From: Gonapodya sp. JEL0774
Lineage: Eukaryota
NCBI GenBank assembly: GCA_027604505.1
Contig: JADIIX010000123.1
Span: 1 to 64,000 of the forward strand
Reading direction: 5' to 3'
DNA: 64,000 nucleotides
Program-made: the position numbers and the translations under genes
Shown here: positions 63,881 to 64,000 of the stretch, piece by piece
How the letters are laid out: every line of letters starts with the position of its first letter
How positions within the stretch are numbered: position 1 is the stretch's first letter
Notes under the pieces: generated by a model
The model's database searches: none
What the model was told of the DNA's origin: nothing
Seen by the model: only the letters and a program-made list of their open reading frames with translations

Positions 63881-64000
63881 CTTATGATGCATGCATCAGA
63901 CCATCACATGAAAAAGGATGGGGCCGGACGGTGGTGGATGAGTCGGTTGATTGGTTTGAAATAACCAGATGCCCGCTATTGGTGGCATCACGATGTCAAC

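Noticed and set aside
1..64000. Intact mobile element, secondary-metabolite cluster or prokaryotic-type system
   Set aside because: No transposase, RT, integrase, LTR/TIR, PKS/NRPS core or operon structure seen; the genes are functionally unrelated and spliced.

Overview
Intron-rich eukaryotic genomic DNA, almost certainly fungal. It has short GT-AG introns (mostly about 55-90 nt, GTGAGT/GTAAGT donors) and dense gene packing. An early-diverging (chytrid-like) fungus is my inference from the TKL-type kinase, organellar-type MetAP1D, PYM, ALKBH6 and a PMCA with an animal-type C-terminal calmodulin-binding helix. About 23 genes or gene relics can be read by splicing the ORF fragments by eye: TmpA-like membrane flavoprotein, CipC-like protein, a very large RNF216/TRIAD-type RBR E3 ligase, F-box/LRR protein, multi-pass membrane protein, FAH-family hydrolase, MIU/Pro-rich protein, Dal5/Tna1-type MFS permease, ALKBH6, MetAP1D, TauE/SafE exporter, PYM1, Ecl1-family protein, Vps10, eIF3h, PMCA-type Ca2+-ATPase, Sec14, a hotdog thioesterase and several hypotheticals. 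The most unusual features are a Vps10 receptor with three tandem VPS10 modules and a dibasic propeptide, a frameshifted PMCA copy, a kinase pseudogene beside a probably artefactual assembly gap, very small exons (3-17 nt), a GC-AG intron, an apparent GT-AT intron and a weak REC114-like candidate. I found no supportable rRNA, tRNA, CRISPR array or intact transposon. No database searches were run. All family calls come from motif recognition, and exon boundaries are manual.
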